A DNA stretch of 64,000 nucleotides, from the NCBI GenBank assembly GCA_051362555.1, contig CM120645.1, positions 10,850,001 through 10,914,000 of the forward strand, in the 5' to 3' direction. The DNA comes from Lingula anatina. Its lineage: Eukaryota > Animalia > Brachiopoda. Positions 49,361 through 61,964 of the stretch are shown piece by piece. The notes under the pieces were generated by a model. That model saw nothing but the letters and a program-made list of their open reading frames with translations. It was not told the origin of the DNA and did not search any database. A program made the translations under genes and the position numbers. Position 1 is the stretch's first letter; every line of letters begins with the position of its first letter.

Positions 49361-50145
49361 TTATGTTTGCCTGTTGCCCGCTAGTGTATTGAACCATTCT
49401 TCTTCTTGGAATACATCTGTGTGCGCTTTAAGTAACTATTAGTTAAAACTCCTGAGCCCTAGAAAACTCGATAACTTGCACGCACAATGGGGCATTAGAA
49501 TTCACGTGAGGGAGATATCCTGCTCTCCCACACACTATATATGAATTCACGTGAAGGAGGTTTGACAAAGAGTGCAATAGCGTGCAGTTTACCTTTACTT
49601 AAACTATTTGGTAGTTTTTATTAATGTATTGACATACTGCATGGTGATTTGACTGTTGCCAAGCAACGCGTGCAAACAAAAAGTGCAAAACACAATAGAC
49701 TGGCACTTGGGTATTGACAATGGGGAATTGAATTTCATGCTGTTAGCAGTATCCCCCTCCCCTTCCCATCAATACTCATATATTCATACCACTTACAGTC
49801 CGGCTTGTAATCGCCTCAATTTTTAAGTGATATGACTTCTAGGTCCATCTTCAGGAAACGGCCACTTGATTACAACTCCCCCTACGTCTATAATATGAAC
49901 ATAATCCTGTCATCCGTTTATTGAACTCATGTAAGTGGGATTTCACAGGTGTGGGGTTTTCAATCATGTGCTTATTTCCTGAATATTAGCCTAGACAGTT
50001 TTTAGTCAAAACTGGTAGAAACGTGACTTAATCAAAAAAAAAAAAAAAAAAAAATCTCATTACAGCTTTACTTGATGTTTGCTTTCCCAAATGATTGTAC
50101 CATTTCATTTTTTTTTCTTTTTTTTTCTGACTGTTTTATTATAAA

Positions 50146-50500
50146 AAATCTGAAATACAAATAGATTTGATAATTTTCTTGACTGATATCATTCCTTAAA
50201 ATATCGCCTGCCTTCAGTCAATATAACGGAAACACCGTTAGGAAAGATATCCGTTTGCGCAGCTGTATTGATCCTCAAAAGCTTGAATGGTTGTTTAACT
50301 TTTACAGTAATACTCTAGGGTAAAATCCTGATTATTCTCATACAATCTGAAATACGAGTTCCTCCAATATCAAGTTCGTGTAGTAATTTTCTTTACTGAT
50401 ATCATTTTTCAAACTATCATCCGCCTCCGGTCAAATTGACAGAAACACCGCTACGAAAGATGGATTTGCGTAGCTGTATGGATTCTTACAAGTTTTAATT
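50146..50500. repeat. Diverged ~200-bp tandem duplication
   Basis: aatctgaaatac...taattttctt.actgatatcatt...gaaacaccg.ta.gaaagat occurs twice. Confidence 0.75.
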
Positions 50501-52451
50501 GTCCTTTTGCTTTTTCAATTAAGTAAAACCGCGTTTTTTTTCTTTTCTGAAAAGAAAAAATACCTGTCTTGTAAATCGATATGGTACTTTATTTATGTCA
50601 CCTCATGGTCGAAAAATCAATAAAACAATGAAGTCAAAATGTGAGCAAGTTTTATGGCAAACAAAAAATAAGTATTGTCAGCGAAAAAAAATGAAAAAAA
50701 AAACATTCAAAGTGATTAATACTCTGTAAATATCTCTCAAACTAAATTTAATTACTAGTAAAATATTTTTTTACCTTTTGTAAAACTATAGTGCTCACGT
50801 ACATGTATTGTAGTGTAGGAACCGACTGCAAATACCTAGCCAGCTGTGAGAGAGCAAGGATAGAAGCGAAAAATGAGACGTACGATACGCATTTTCACTA
50901 ACAAGATTTTGAAAAAAGGCCTTACACTTTAATAGAAATATAAGGTGTCGCTATAAAAAAAAAATAAAAAAATAAAAAAAAAAAAAACAAAGCATAGAAC
51001 TTTTACGCTTTGAAAACCCATACATTCTACAAGCAGAAACAAACAACAGATAGACTGATTTTTTTTCGGTATTTGTTTTAAGGTTTTAAGGTTTTGTGAA
51101 ACTATTCTCTAATTTAACGACATAATAACTTTCGCGTACAATGTCATTATGCGAACTTCTTGCAATACTCAAAAATATACGGATATTTTTATATATTGCG
51201 TCTGTTTGTCACAGGAACTAAAAATGTTTGCCTGTTTTTCTGTCTTTAATTATTTTTCGTCGAATAACTAAAAAACTACTCTGAACCAGGCATGGAGTGC
51301 AAGAATAAAAAGATTTAAAGAGATTTGGCGTGCTTCAAAATATAAAATGAATAGATAAATAAAAGACATTAAAATCAAACTCCAAGTGTAGCTGCGGCCC
51401 AGTGAACATCTGTGGGTTTGACCTACCTGGAGAACTATACGATTTAAAATACAATCAAAACAGAATCAGCATTTTTAAAAAGAGAAATAAAATAGCATGA
51501 ATGAAACCGTTAAAATACGGCATGATTATTTAAAGTGATACAATGCCTCAACAAGCAAATAATTTAATTCCGAAAGTCTTGGTTGTAAATATCTATACTT
51601 TATTTCTTATGCGACCAAGCTATTGGTCGAACAGTTATCGTGTGTTCTAATACAGCTGTATCAAGATCTAAATCTCTTTCACTGTGAAGTGTCTTATTCA
51701 TATAAGAATAAAGCAGTATTTTTTCTTCATCCAACAGCTGTTCGCATAATGCCTTACATGGCTAACACGGTCGATGAAATTCTTCTCTCATCCATGATCA
51801 TGTTATTTTTTCCACGCGGCATTTATTTTAGTTGTATTCTATTCTAACATTCGGGATAAATGCAGAAATGTAGGTTTGTTTTGTTGGCGTTTTTCATTTA
51901 AATAAAACATTAGTTATTGATTTACTATTGAGTATAATGTCTTCTGAAATAGATAGAATTGCATGATGAGCACGCTCTCCATTTTGCATGGTTACCTCAC
52001 TATACCCGTAGATATCTAAAACGCTCTTCGTAGGACAAATACCTTAAGACCTTTAAAAAACTCTATACAGGTGAAATCGATTAATGAAACAGGCTTGTCA
52101 AGTGTACCGTTTCTATAATGAGACTTTACATAATTTACATTTGAGGTCAATAGATTTATTATGTTAAACACTCTTTCAACGATTTCCCTGATGATGTAAC
52201 AATAATGGTTTGGGGATAATATATCATTTTTTGGCTTAGCGTTTGCTCTGCTCTCATACTAAAGCACTTATTAATACAATTAAAGCAATTACTAAGACAA
52301 TATCCTGTAGATTATGTAAACAAAACCCTTCCCTATTTTGTTTTAGATATGGTTTCAATGTCATCTGGAAACATTTTTAATATTTTTTTCAGTAATTATC
52401 TGCTTAGTGAGGATCATAAATTTGAAAAAAAAAGACTAATCCAATATCTAT

Positions 52452-52753
52452 GGTCGCATTCACATCGAGTTGAGCCATGGCTCCACAAAGCCACGACTTA
52501 AATATGGCGGACGTACATGAAAGGAAAACCGCCTAGTCTTTTAATAGTCTCTCCGCCTCTCACACGCCTCCCCATGTGCTGCCCCAATGGAGCCTAGATT
52601 TGATGACTGTACCCCCGCAGGAACGACGGATGGGGAGGCTTGTGAGAGGCGGAGAGACTATTAAAAGATTAGGCGGTTTTCCTTTCATGTACGTCCGCCA
52701 TATTTAGGTAGTGGCTTTGTAGAGCCATGGCTCAATTCGATGTGAATGCGGCC
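52452..52753. mobile_element. Palindromic (foldback) MITE with ~124-bp arms
   Basis: ggtcgcattcacatcga...cctccccat / atggggagg...tcgatgtgaatgcggcc; TAT on both flanks. Confidence 0.85.
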
Positions 52754-53562
52754 TATGACGCTAAATGCTTCATCGCATGTTCCTCATTAATCCCTGAAAA
52801 TCTGTGATTTTATAACGACTGATTATTTTCCAAAATATATAAGGCATTGAAAGGCAAGAAAAAATGGGTTGCCAATCACAACTTCACTCCGCCCCGACAC
52901 TTTATTAGCCTAAAAGACGGTGTCTTTTAAATCCTAAAGATAACTGCAATATGTACATGTACGTGTCTCCTTCGTGAAAAATATAAAAAAAATGAGTGCA
53001 AATGTGAGGGCAAATGAGGTATGCTCACATTCCACTATTTCAAGGCACAGGATATGGGGATTTTCAGCGTATTATACTGTAACAAACAGAGCACCCAGGT
53101 GTCCTCCACCATCTTCTGTGATTTACCTTGCACACATATCCTCTCATTTCCAGACAACATTCTTCTTCACCTGGCTTCACCTGGCTTCACCTGGCTTGAA
53201 TGTCGATAGTCTATGTTTTTCCAGGAACTTTCACATTGCGTTCGAATGTAATTTTAGATCAAGGGCGATGGTTTCATAGTTTAAATGGGGGGGGGGGGGG
53301 GGGGGGGGGCAGTATGGCTTGGGACCTATCTAAGAATGAAACTGGCAGCTTTGAAGACCAAGAAAAATCCACGCACTCTCACTTTAACTAAACATTACTT
53401 ATTACTTTAGACAGTAAAAACAGGGTACATACATGTAGAAGCTAAACGTGTCGGGAACCAGAAGTCTTGTAACACGATAACTGTAATCACATCTCTTTAC
53501 CATGTAAACTGTCAAATACACGGTCTACTATTGATCTTGGACGAGTAAGAGCTCATTTTATT

Positions 53563-53800
53563 TGAAACTGTCGTTCTACGATCCAATCGATCCAACTCCG
53601 CAGGGACACTAGCTGAATGCAATCAGATTAACTCAGACTAGCCGCGAGCTCCTCCTGGCGTTTTAACAGCAGATTACAGGAAAACTGGTTATGATACGAG
53701 TACGTTTGAAACAAGAGGAGGCGCGTTGATCTCTTAATCTGATTGCATTCAGCGAGATTCTCTGCGGAGTTGGATCGATCTACGTAGATCGACAGTTTCA
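53563..53800. mobile_element. Imperfect inverted-repeat MITE
   Basis: tgaaactgtcg..tcgatccaactccgcag..gctgaatgcaatcagattaa / ttaatctgattgcattcagc..ctgcggagttggatcga..cgacagtttca. Confidence 0.75.
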
Positions 53801-54315
53801 TTGGGAATGAACCCTAAAACGTACACGATGTAAAACACAGCACTGTAAAGTTATCAGAGCGTTGCGCTGGCGTTTAAAGTAGAAATGAATGTGTTCTTAC
53901 TGACACATTTGCACATCCGACATCTTTTTTTTTTTCATTTGTCCGGTACTATTTCCTCGTATATTATTCTGATCATTGAAACAGTGCAATTTTCTACAAA
54001 AACGAAAGCTGATCTTGAAACTGAAACCAACTGTCCTTCTGAGGATAAAACCTGTGTTACTCCATGAAGACTTGATCCGATTACTACAAATCTAAATAAA
54101 AAACACTTGTCATTTCGAAATACTGTTAAACACGCCCGACACCTTCATCCATATAAATGTCCTACATTTATCACCTTATTTTCCGGGACTTAAAGTTGAT
54201 TCCAGTGTTCAACCTTTCAACATAATAGGCCTAAGCCCGTTTGTGAAGCCGAAAGGGTCGCAGGCTGTTACAGTTGTATAATCCATTTTGTTGTTTAGCC
54301 ATCCCAAAATTTAAA

Positions 54316-54360
<45 letters not shown>

Positions 54361-56604
54361 ACGTTTTCACCATTTTAATGCGCTTTAGGTAAAGGTATAT
54401 ACATATGTGAAGTCGACATGCATAAATGTCAACTTGACTTGTACCGTTTGAACAAGATACGCGATTTATCACCTGGGTCATATACTGTAGCAGTTGAACA
54501 AATTTCGTATTGCCTGTCACACATACCCGCCTGGTTTAATTTTTTTACATCACAACCATCCACCAAATTAAATTCGTACACTGTAATCTTACCATCGCAC
54601 GTTGGAAAGGAAGTCTCCTGTCAATTGTCTTCTTGTCTCTCAGAGTTGTTTTTCCTCGGTATAGCTCACTAGACGTTGTTCAAATTATTTAGACTCTCTC
54701 CAAGAATTCAACTCCAGCTATAGCCTTGACAGATATACAAGAAGACAGGCCCTGTCCAGCAGGGCTAGGTGACACAATATCTGTCGGGCGTGCGTCCCCA
54801 GTAAGGCTACGGAGGTAACAGAATAGCGCTAATGGTAAGCTCCGTGCTTTTTTTTTACTCAGCAAACAACCCGCTCAATACAAATGTAGAGCGTATTGAC
54901 TCAAGCCGCGTATTGATACCAGGCCAAGAGGCACATAAGGGAACTGAAGACAAATAAAGATGAATGTTCAGTATGTTGAAATATTCTGAGTGACAGATAC
55001 ATTATACATATATTAAACGTGAAAGGTTATAAATTATGTTTTGGCCAGTAGCAACGCACTATTTTGTTTATTTTTTATTTTTATTATTTTTTATTGTTGT
55101 TGTTTTTTTCGAATCGAGGTATCGCATCGTTTCATTTTTATTTCATTTTAAAAACAGTTGGGTGTTTTCCGCTGATAAATCTATAGTACCATTTTTAAGT
55201 TATGTAAACGTTACTAGCTGTTACAATATTAAAATCCCATGCTGCAAATTTAATCACAGCAAACCAATTTCGTCATATTTAATGTGCAAATCATATCGTC
55301 ACTGCCACAGTGACCTCAACAGGTCATCATTGTTAAATAAAATAATCCTCGGTTGACCTGCGTTTCACAAAAACCCATTGTTTAGCTTCCATCGATTTTA
55401 ATCCGAGTGTTCCATTCAAGGTTAACACTTAGAGAGACAGTCTATACACTCGACTCTTTCCCGCAGCATGATGAATAGATGTTTTCCTAGTAGGTATGCG
55501 ACGACAAACAAAACATTGCGCGAGTGAAAGAATACGTCATGCGATTTTCTATAGTAGAACTGAATGTGTCCGTAACGATATCCACAACTGAAAATTATCT
55601 GATCGCGGGAGCAAATACTGACTTAATGTTCGAAATTGGTTCTATTTTTAAGGATATATTTGAATGTTATGGGGTAAGGGTTAAGAGAACTGCGCTGCAA
55701 AGGTGTGAATGCTGATTGAATTGTCCAAAGGCTATTGATATAGCTTAGCTTTTTGTAATTATTTACATGTTGCTACTAGTCGACTTATGCTTGAAATTTG
55801 ATATCATTTTAAGTGCGACAGGAACAATTTGCCAATTGTGGTATTTTTATATTGCCATTTTTTATGTCGCAAAGACGTGTTTCGTCATTCCCTTTGAACT
55901 GCAAAAATGACAAAAAAAGTAGAAGACAATGAAAGAAAATGCAGAAAATGGTGAATGTGTCGCACCTTTTACTTGGACTGAACCGCTTAAATAATAGTCC
56001 TATGGAATTTAAGGTGCATTCACAATGAAACTATCGCACTACTTGGCTCTTCGGAATAACTCCGCGGGGACTCTCACTGACTGCAATCAAATTCAGTAAA
56101 AGATTAATACGCCTCTTCCTGACGTTGTGAAGAATATAGAAAAAGCTGGTGATTATAATTATACGCGTACATTGGAAACAAAAAGAGGCGTATAAATGTT
56201 TAAATTTGATTGCATCCAGCAAGAGTCTCAGCGGAGTAACGTCGAATAGTTTCATTGTTAACACACCCTGAGAGAGCCAAAGTAATGAGCAAGGGTGACC
56301 AGGGAAAATGTATTTCTCTTTTAGGTCCAAAATTCTACAAACAATCCCCAACTCGATATAATAATTGTGCGAAAAATGTCAACGTTAATGATTCGTGTGA
56401 AAATAGACAATTATGCTGTTAATGGATCAGCGACGAAAATAGAGCAATTTGCAATTTGCATATTAATATGACACAGCTCAGAAATGCGCACTGTGTGAAA
56501 TAAAAAAACAAAACAAAACATATCTTCATTTTTTCAATAGCGAAGTCTTTAGAATGCTGATAGCTTGATGCTGTTGAACTAGAGGGCTAAAAGACATCTT
56601 TGTA

Positions 56605-56740
56605 ATCCCTGCAGATCGCTCTTATGCACACACTAAGGCACAGGCCCACGCGCGAACATTTGCACACACACATTATCCCTGCAGATCGCTCTTATGCACA
56701 CACTAATGCACAGACGCACATGCGAACATTTGCACACACA

Positions 56741-56742
<2 letters not shown>
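56605..56742. repeat. 2 x ~70-bp tandem duplication followed by (CT)n(CA)n
   Basis: atccctgcagatcgctcttatgcacacactaa occurs twice. Confidence 0.85.
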
Positions 56743-56812
<70 letters not shown>

Positions 56813-57020
56813 AGCCCGCGCGAGCGCGCTTCAGTTGGCCTGGCCTTCACATTGGTTTCTATCAATTATGATGCAATATGATGCACTTCTCTATAAATAA
56901 ATTAATGGATTAACATTTGTATTAAGAAAAGAACAATACTCTATAATAAGATGTCACATGTCAAAAGTTATCATAATTTATGTTTTTAATCAGTGTAAGA
57001 TAAGCTCAATATTGAATAAG

Positions 57021-57260
57021 AAACTAGAAAAGCATCCCGAGAGCGCAGACCTCCACCAAGGTAGCAATTTCTGATTTTTATTGATTATTGATTGATTAGG
57101 CCTATTGATCCGGATCACCACCAAAAACTAATCATCTCTTCCTTGGTCCACTTCTGACAGTTCCTGAAAATTTCATCAAAATCGGTCCATAACTTTTTGA
57201 GTTATGTTGATGACAGACAAACAAACAAACAGACAGACAGACAGACAGACAAACAAACAG
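57021..57260 (+). mobile_element. 3'-truncated pearl/HINE-like element
   Basis: aaactagaaaagca...gagcgcagacctcc 5' module, single core (gaaaatttcatcaaaatcggtccataactttttgagttat), (ACAG/ACAA)n microsatellite; no 3' hairpin. Confidence 0.65.
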
Positions 57261-57369
57261 GGGTGTATGAAATGCTCGAGATTGAAACACGTTTGTCCAA
57301 GGCTTGCACAATTGCGGTTGCTGTGCTGTGCTCTTTCCTTCCCGTTTCCTCAGTCGCAATCGAAGAAAT

Positions 57370-57379
57370 GTCACATGAC
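57370..57379. promoter_or_regulatory. MiT/TFE (M-box/CLEAR-like) site GTCACATGAC upstream of HPS3
   Basis: One mismatch to the CLEAR palindrome GTCACGTGAC; reverse strand reads GTCATGTGAC (M-box core). About 30 bp before a GTAAGT donor at 57409 that may end a 5' UTR exon. Confidence 0.45.
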
Positions 57380-57982
57380 CAAAACATCAAGCCGGTGGAA
57401 AGTCACAAGTAAGTGTTCAGAGCAATTAAGACTTGATTGTCGCGGCAGGAAGAAAGTATTTCATGTAAAAATGAGATATTTTGTCTTTTTAATGCTTTCA
57501 GAAACTTATATAGCGTGCCTTTGTTTGTTAGTCGGCAGTGACTGAATACATATTCGAGGAAGTTCAAAATGCAGCACTCTGCCTCTGGCCCTCAGACTCG
57601 TACTCTCACTTTAAACCTATGTGTTATATGCCTTACTTCGAAGTTAGTCCATAAATTACAGTACATGGTAGGGACCATAAATAGGAGAGCTAACGCGTGA
57701 ATTTTCGTGTAGTATTCCCGTCTGCGGTAAGTGTTGAACAGAAGTAATTAAGGCATCCTCGCACGTACTGAAGCAATCACTTTAGGTCGTTTTTAATTTC
57801 ACTGACTTGGCAAGTGTGTATAGGGCCTTCGCTGCCGGTTCGATACCAACTGCTGGTGGTAATTAACTATCATTTAGCAGCTTCAGTCAGCTTATAAGAA
57901 TCACCTTGTACATCGATCTAGGTATGTGAATGGGGTCTTCAACATAGTGAGACATTATTTTCACAAATCATACACCACAAAT

Positions 57983-58039
<57 letters not shown>

Positions 58040-58125
58040 ACAGTTATTGATTAAATTTTTTGTCTTTTTTATATATATGTAGTTCTGTATGTATGTACTA
58101 TTTCTATCTCCAGTGTGAATCAACC

Positions 58126-58339
58126 ATGGTGAAAGTCCTCTGTTGCCATCACTTTGCGTCACAGGATGTGTTTAGCACACAGGGGGAGCCACTGTGCATG
58201 TGTGCTACTGATGACTACGTGTTCGTTGCAACCACTAGCTGCAGCATAGATGTCCATTCTTTGAAAGAAAAAGGATGTCCTCTTGTGTTCCAAGTGCCCA
58301 ATATATCCCCCGCTAAGCAGTTGTTTTACAGCAAACAAG
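58126..58339 (+). CDS. HPS3: HPS3 coding exon 1
   Basis: Kozak-like caaccATGg; acceptor at 58113 implies an upstream non-coding exon; donor GT at 58340. Confidence 0.88.
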
Positions 58340-61300
58340 GTACAACCAATTTGGACCCCAAATAAAAAATTTGGGGATTGTTCTATTTTTGTAAGATTTA
58401 GGAGCCCTGTTAAAAAATTATAATGACCAGGTTAATTGTGAATAAGATCAGATAAAATGATGGAGTCACCCATCAACTGTTAGAATTAAGGAAAATATTA
58501 TATTTTTATATTATATGTGATAAATTGCAATTGTTTTTAAAAAATGATCATTCTAAAATCGAAGCAAAGTAGACTTGTACCCATGCTTGTTTTAAACTTT
58601 ATACCCATGTATGTACAGTGTATAAATTTGTTGCAGGAAAGTTTTTGGCCACGCTGGAGTTTAAGATGTCGCGAAATGTTACTTTCACGTTTGCTCGCGT
58701 CTATGTCAACTGGGACCTCCACTGTGGTAGCCACGGTCAAATGAAAGTACGCCTTGCAGGTCACCATGGAAACAGGAGGAGCCGGACCAATCAGAGTAGT
58801 CCTCAGTTAGAGGTGATAGAAATCCCCACCCCTCGTCAGCCAATGTGTCTCAGTGTTTGTCCAGTCAGTGGTCATTTGGCCGTAGGCTATGACACCGTGG
58901 TCAGTGTTCATCGAGTCACAGAAGAGTTCATTTCCAGCACTGCAGCCTCAAGTTCTGGTGACATTTTCCACGATGTTGAGCACCTTTTTGACATATCACT
59001 TACTTTTGCCGTCATTGAGGTAGCTATACATGAAAATTTCATCGCAGCAGCATCTCAGAACGTTATTCAGGTTATTAAGCTGTGTTCAGACCTGGCGCTA
59101 CTCTCAGAGGTAGCAATGACGGTCTCGCCTCTACAAGCTGAACCAACGGACGAGTCAAAGTACATACTTAAGCATATCTTACAGCATAGGAATAAAGAGA
59201 GAGATGGTAGCACTAGTAAACTGTTGTTGTCAATGAATGATTCTGAAGCAGACGCAACATCATCCGATTTGTCGTCTAGTCCAACACTGTCCACAAAATC
59301 ATCGGACATGTCAGGTAACAAATTTTTTTATTTTTACAGAGGTGATGATGAAGTGGTTTATAAAGTTTCTTTTTTATTCAAAATTGTATATTGCTCATGA
59401 CTAATTTTTTTAGCTTAAATGTGATCACTAGAAGCATAATAAGAATTATTAACTTTTTTTTTTTGAAGTAATATTTCCAGCCAATTTAGACCTGCCTATC
59501 TCAGTATGGACCAACCAGAGTTGGCTGGTTATTTCGATTAATTCACCATAGGTAACAAATCTTGTCTTTTTTTTTGCAGGAATTTTGGAGCACCAAGTTG
59601 AAGATGAGTATTGCACAGAGTGGGGGTTTGAGGAGGGGGAGGTGGAGATTGTGCTGCCCATGCAAGGTATGGATATTTTTATCATATATTTAAGATATTA
59701 AATTGTTTCAAGATATATGATTTGTGATAATGGTAAACAAGAGTATCATTTCTAAATACATGTTTTTGATCTGTGAGACATGATTTTTAATTTTGAAAAG
59801 ACAAACCTATTTCACCAAGTTAAAGAAAAAAAAATGATTTGAAAAGACTAACACTAAACAGATCTGTGGATCAAATATCACTGACCCACTTGTAAGCTTG
59901 CCGCATAATCCTCGCGGGGAATCTATTCAGAGTCTATTAGTTTCTGTCATATTTATGATATTTTTGCAACACACTTTCTTCAAACACAGTGTAGAGAAAT
60001 GCCCATCTCACTCTGACTTGATGCTAAAATCTGTTGCCAGGGGGCCGCATGTCCAAACAGTCTGTTCCCAGAAACATCGTCCTTGATCACCTTGAGAAAG
60101 TGAGAAGTAGCCAGCTAGGTGAGCCCTCGGCCACGGAGCTCCTGGGTCCAGTACGGGCTGACCACCCCCTGGCCACGGTACAGATTAAACTGCATGGTCA
60201 GTAAAGTGATTGTGGTCAGTGAAAATAGATGCTAAAGAAATTTCGTCCTTCAATGAAGGAAAAACATCCTCCTCATGTCCTTAGGAGATATAAATAATGT
60301 CAACTGAAGCCAAACTAATTTAATGATTTTTTTTGTATCTATTTAATTAAAACTTAATGAAATTATTGTCTATTTCTACCTTTGTTTTTTTTTTCTTTTT
60401 GCCATTGAACTAAATAAATGTGTTTTTTATTGTATAAACCAATTTATTATTCTTTCTGGTGACTGTTTTATAGTATATCCATGTGATAAACGACAGGTAA
60501 CAGTGTACACTAAGTGATGTCCGTTATCAGCCCTTTCTTCAATCATTTCCTAAATCAAACATTCCTTATCATTTATCAAGTTTCACCACTTGTTATTCTT
60601 TCATATTGCACCTGATGGAGGGCCATGGTGACCAGGTGTAGTCCTATATTCATATGACACCACCTTCACTTTCATTATCATCCCAGTTTCAATTTCATTA
60701 TCAACCAGCTTTCACTCTTCATTATCACCACACTTTCACTATGTTTGAATTTTTTCCTGATGGTCCTGATTGTCCCATATGTCATATATGACACTACTTT
60801 CGCCTTTGTAATCATCATCATCCCACTTTCACTTTCATTATTAACCCACTTTCAGCTGAAGGAGTGCCTGATTTCCATGCAGTGACCTTGCTGTGTCGAA
60901 GATTTGGATTGACTCTGTTCCAACTTCATTCTCTGCAACTTTTGCCAACTTATACAAAAGGTATTAACAAGTGGAAAGTGGTTTTATGTTGGATGTTTTT
61001 TTAAAGGCAGCTGGGAACCATAAACTTTATCAAAATTTTATTTTTTATTTTGATGAGGATATATCTTTATGATAATTTATTATTATAATTTTTATTCCTA
61101 TTATTCAAAATCATTAGAGTTTGACAGAGATATGATCATTAGTTGCAAATTGTAATGAAAAATAAATTTAACATGTTATGACTTCCAGAACCTGCTTCCA
61201 CCTATATTCCAAGTGGACCATTTTCTTGCCAGTCCTCAGAGGGTTTGATAGGAATGTCTGTGTTTGTCAGCGGAAAGAGAGTGGGCTACATGTACACCGT

Positions 61301-61964
61301 CAGTCCCAAGGTAGAGGCGCTTCCAGAGTACCCTTACACCATTAATGCCAAGAAGGTAGGAGCAGACAGTGGACCCCCCAAAATTAATAAATAAATAAAT
61401 GAATTAATATAATCGTGTTGTATGTGTGGAATCACTGAATGTATAAAAAAAAAAAAACAAAGATCTCTGTGTTGCGTGACATTAGGTCTGTCGTATGCCC
61501 TAAACCACATATTTTAGATCTCGTTTGGTTTAGTCCTTTCATCCTGTTTGCTCAGGTCACTGTTGGCCCTCATTTCCTCCATGCTGTCACTGAGACTGGT
61601 CTGGAAACGTATACCTCCAGGAGCTCCCTGGCTGCATTACATCATACAGAGACTTTTGATGGAATACACAAGGTAAGTGCATGTGTTGTGCTGCCCTTGA
61701 AAGGGCTTCACCATGTAGGCACTCCAGAGATTGGTGGCTAGAGGGAGTTCAAACTCATTTCAAACCTGCAACAAGTCTTGTCTTCTGTCAGAAATCATGC
61801 TGTCATACAAAAAGCCAATTACCCATGAATTTTTTGTTCTTCCAGACCTCCCCGCCCCCCAGCCTAGAAATATGCCTCATCGGGATGCAACCATTCATAG
61901 GGCTGGGAGATGTATTTTGTACACCAAGTCATACGATTCTACTGTCCAAAGATCTCAGCAGCAG
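58126..61964 (+). CDS. HPS3: Hermansky-Pudlak syndrome 3 protein (BLOC-2 subunit) homolog, N-terminal coding exons; gene continues beyond the window
   Basis: Exons 58126-58339, 58637-59314, 59580-59666, 60041-60196, 60856-60960, 61189-61355, 61556-61672 and 61846-61964 are phase-compatible. Motifs MVKVLCCHHFASQDV, FARVYVNW, LHSLQLLPTY, FLHAVTETGLETYTSR and PPPSLEIC recall vertebrate HPS3 (HPFGSQ, LRAYVNW, LHSLQLLPIY). Confidence 0.9.
58637..59314 (+). CDS. HPS3: HPS3 coding exon 2
   Basis: GKFLATLEFK...FARVYVNW...LEVIEIP...CPVSGHLAVG; 678 nt. Confidence 0.88.
59580..59666 (+). CDS. HPS3: HPS3 coding exon 3
   Basis: GILEHQVEDEYCTEWGFEEGEVEIVLPMQ; strong polypyrimidine acceptor, gtatgg donor. 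Confidence 0.75.
60041..60196 (+). CDS. HPS3: HPS3 coding exon 4
   Basis: ...ATELLGPVRADHPLATVQIKLH; 156 nt, phase 1-1. Confidence 0.75.
60856..60960 (+). CDS. HPS3: HPS3 coding exon 5
   Basis: VTLLCRRFGLTLFQLHSLQLLPTYTK; 105 nt. Confidence 0.88.
61189..61355 (+). CDS. HPS3: HPS3 coding exon 6
   Basis: ...LIGMSVFVSGKRVGYMYTV...PEYPYTINAKK; phase 1-0. Confidence 0.85.
61556..61672 (+). CDS. HPS3: HPS3 coding exon 7
   Basis: VTVGPHFLHAVTETGLETYTSRSSLAA; 117 nt, gtaagt donor. Confidence 0.88.
61846..61964 (+). CDS. HPS3: HPS3 coding exon 8
   Basis: TSPPPSLEICLIGMQPFIGLGDVFCTPSHTILLSK; 119 nt. Confidence 0.87.
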
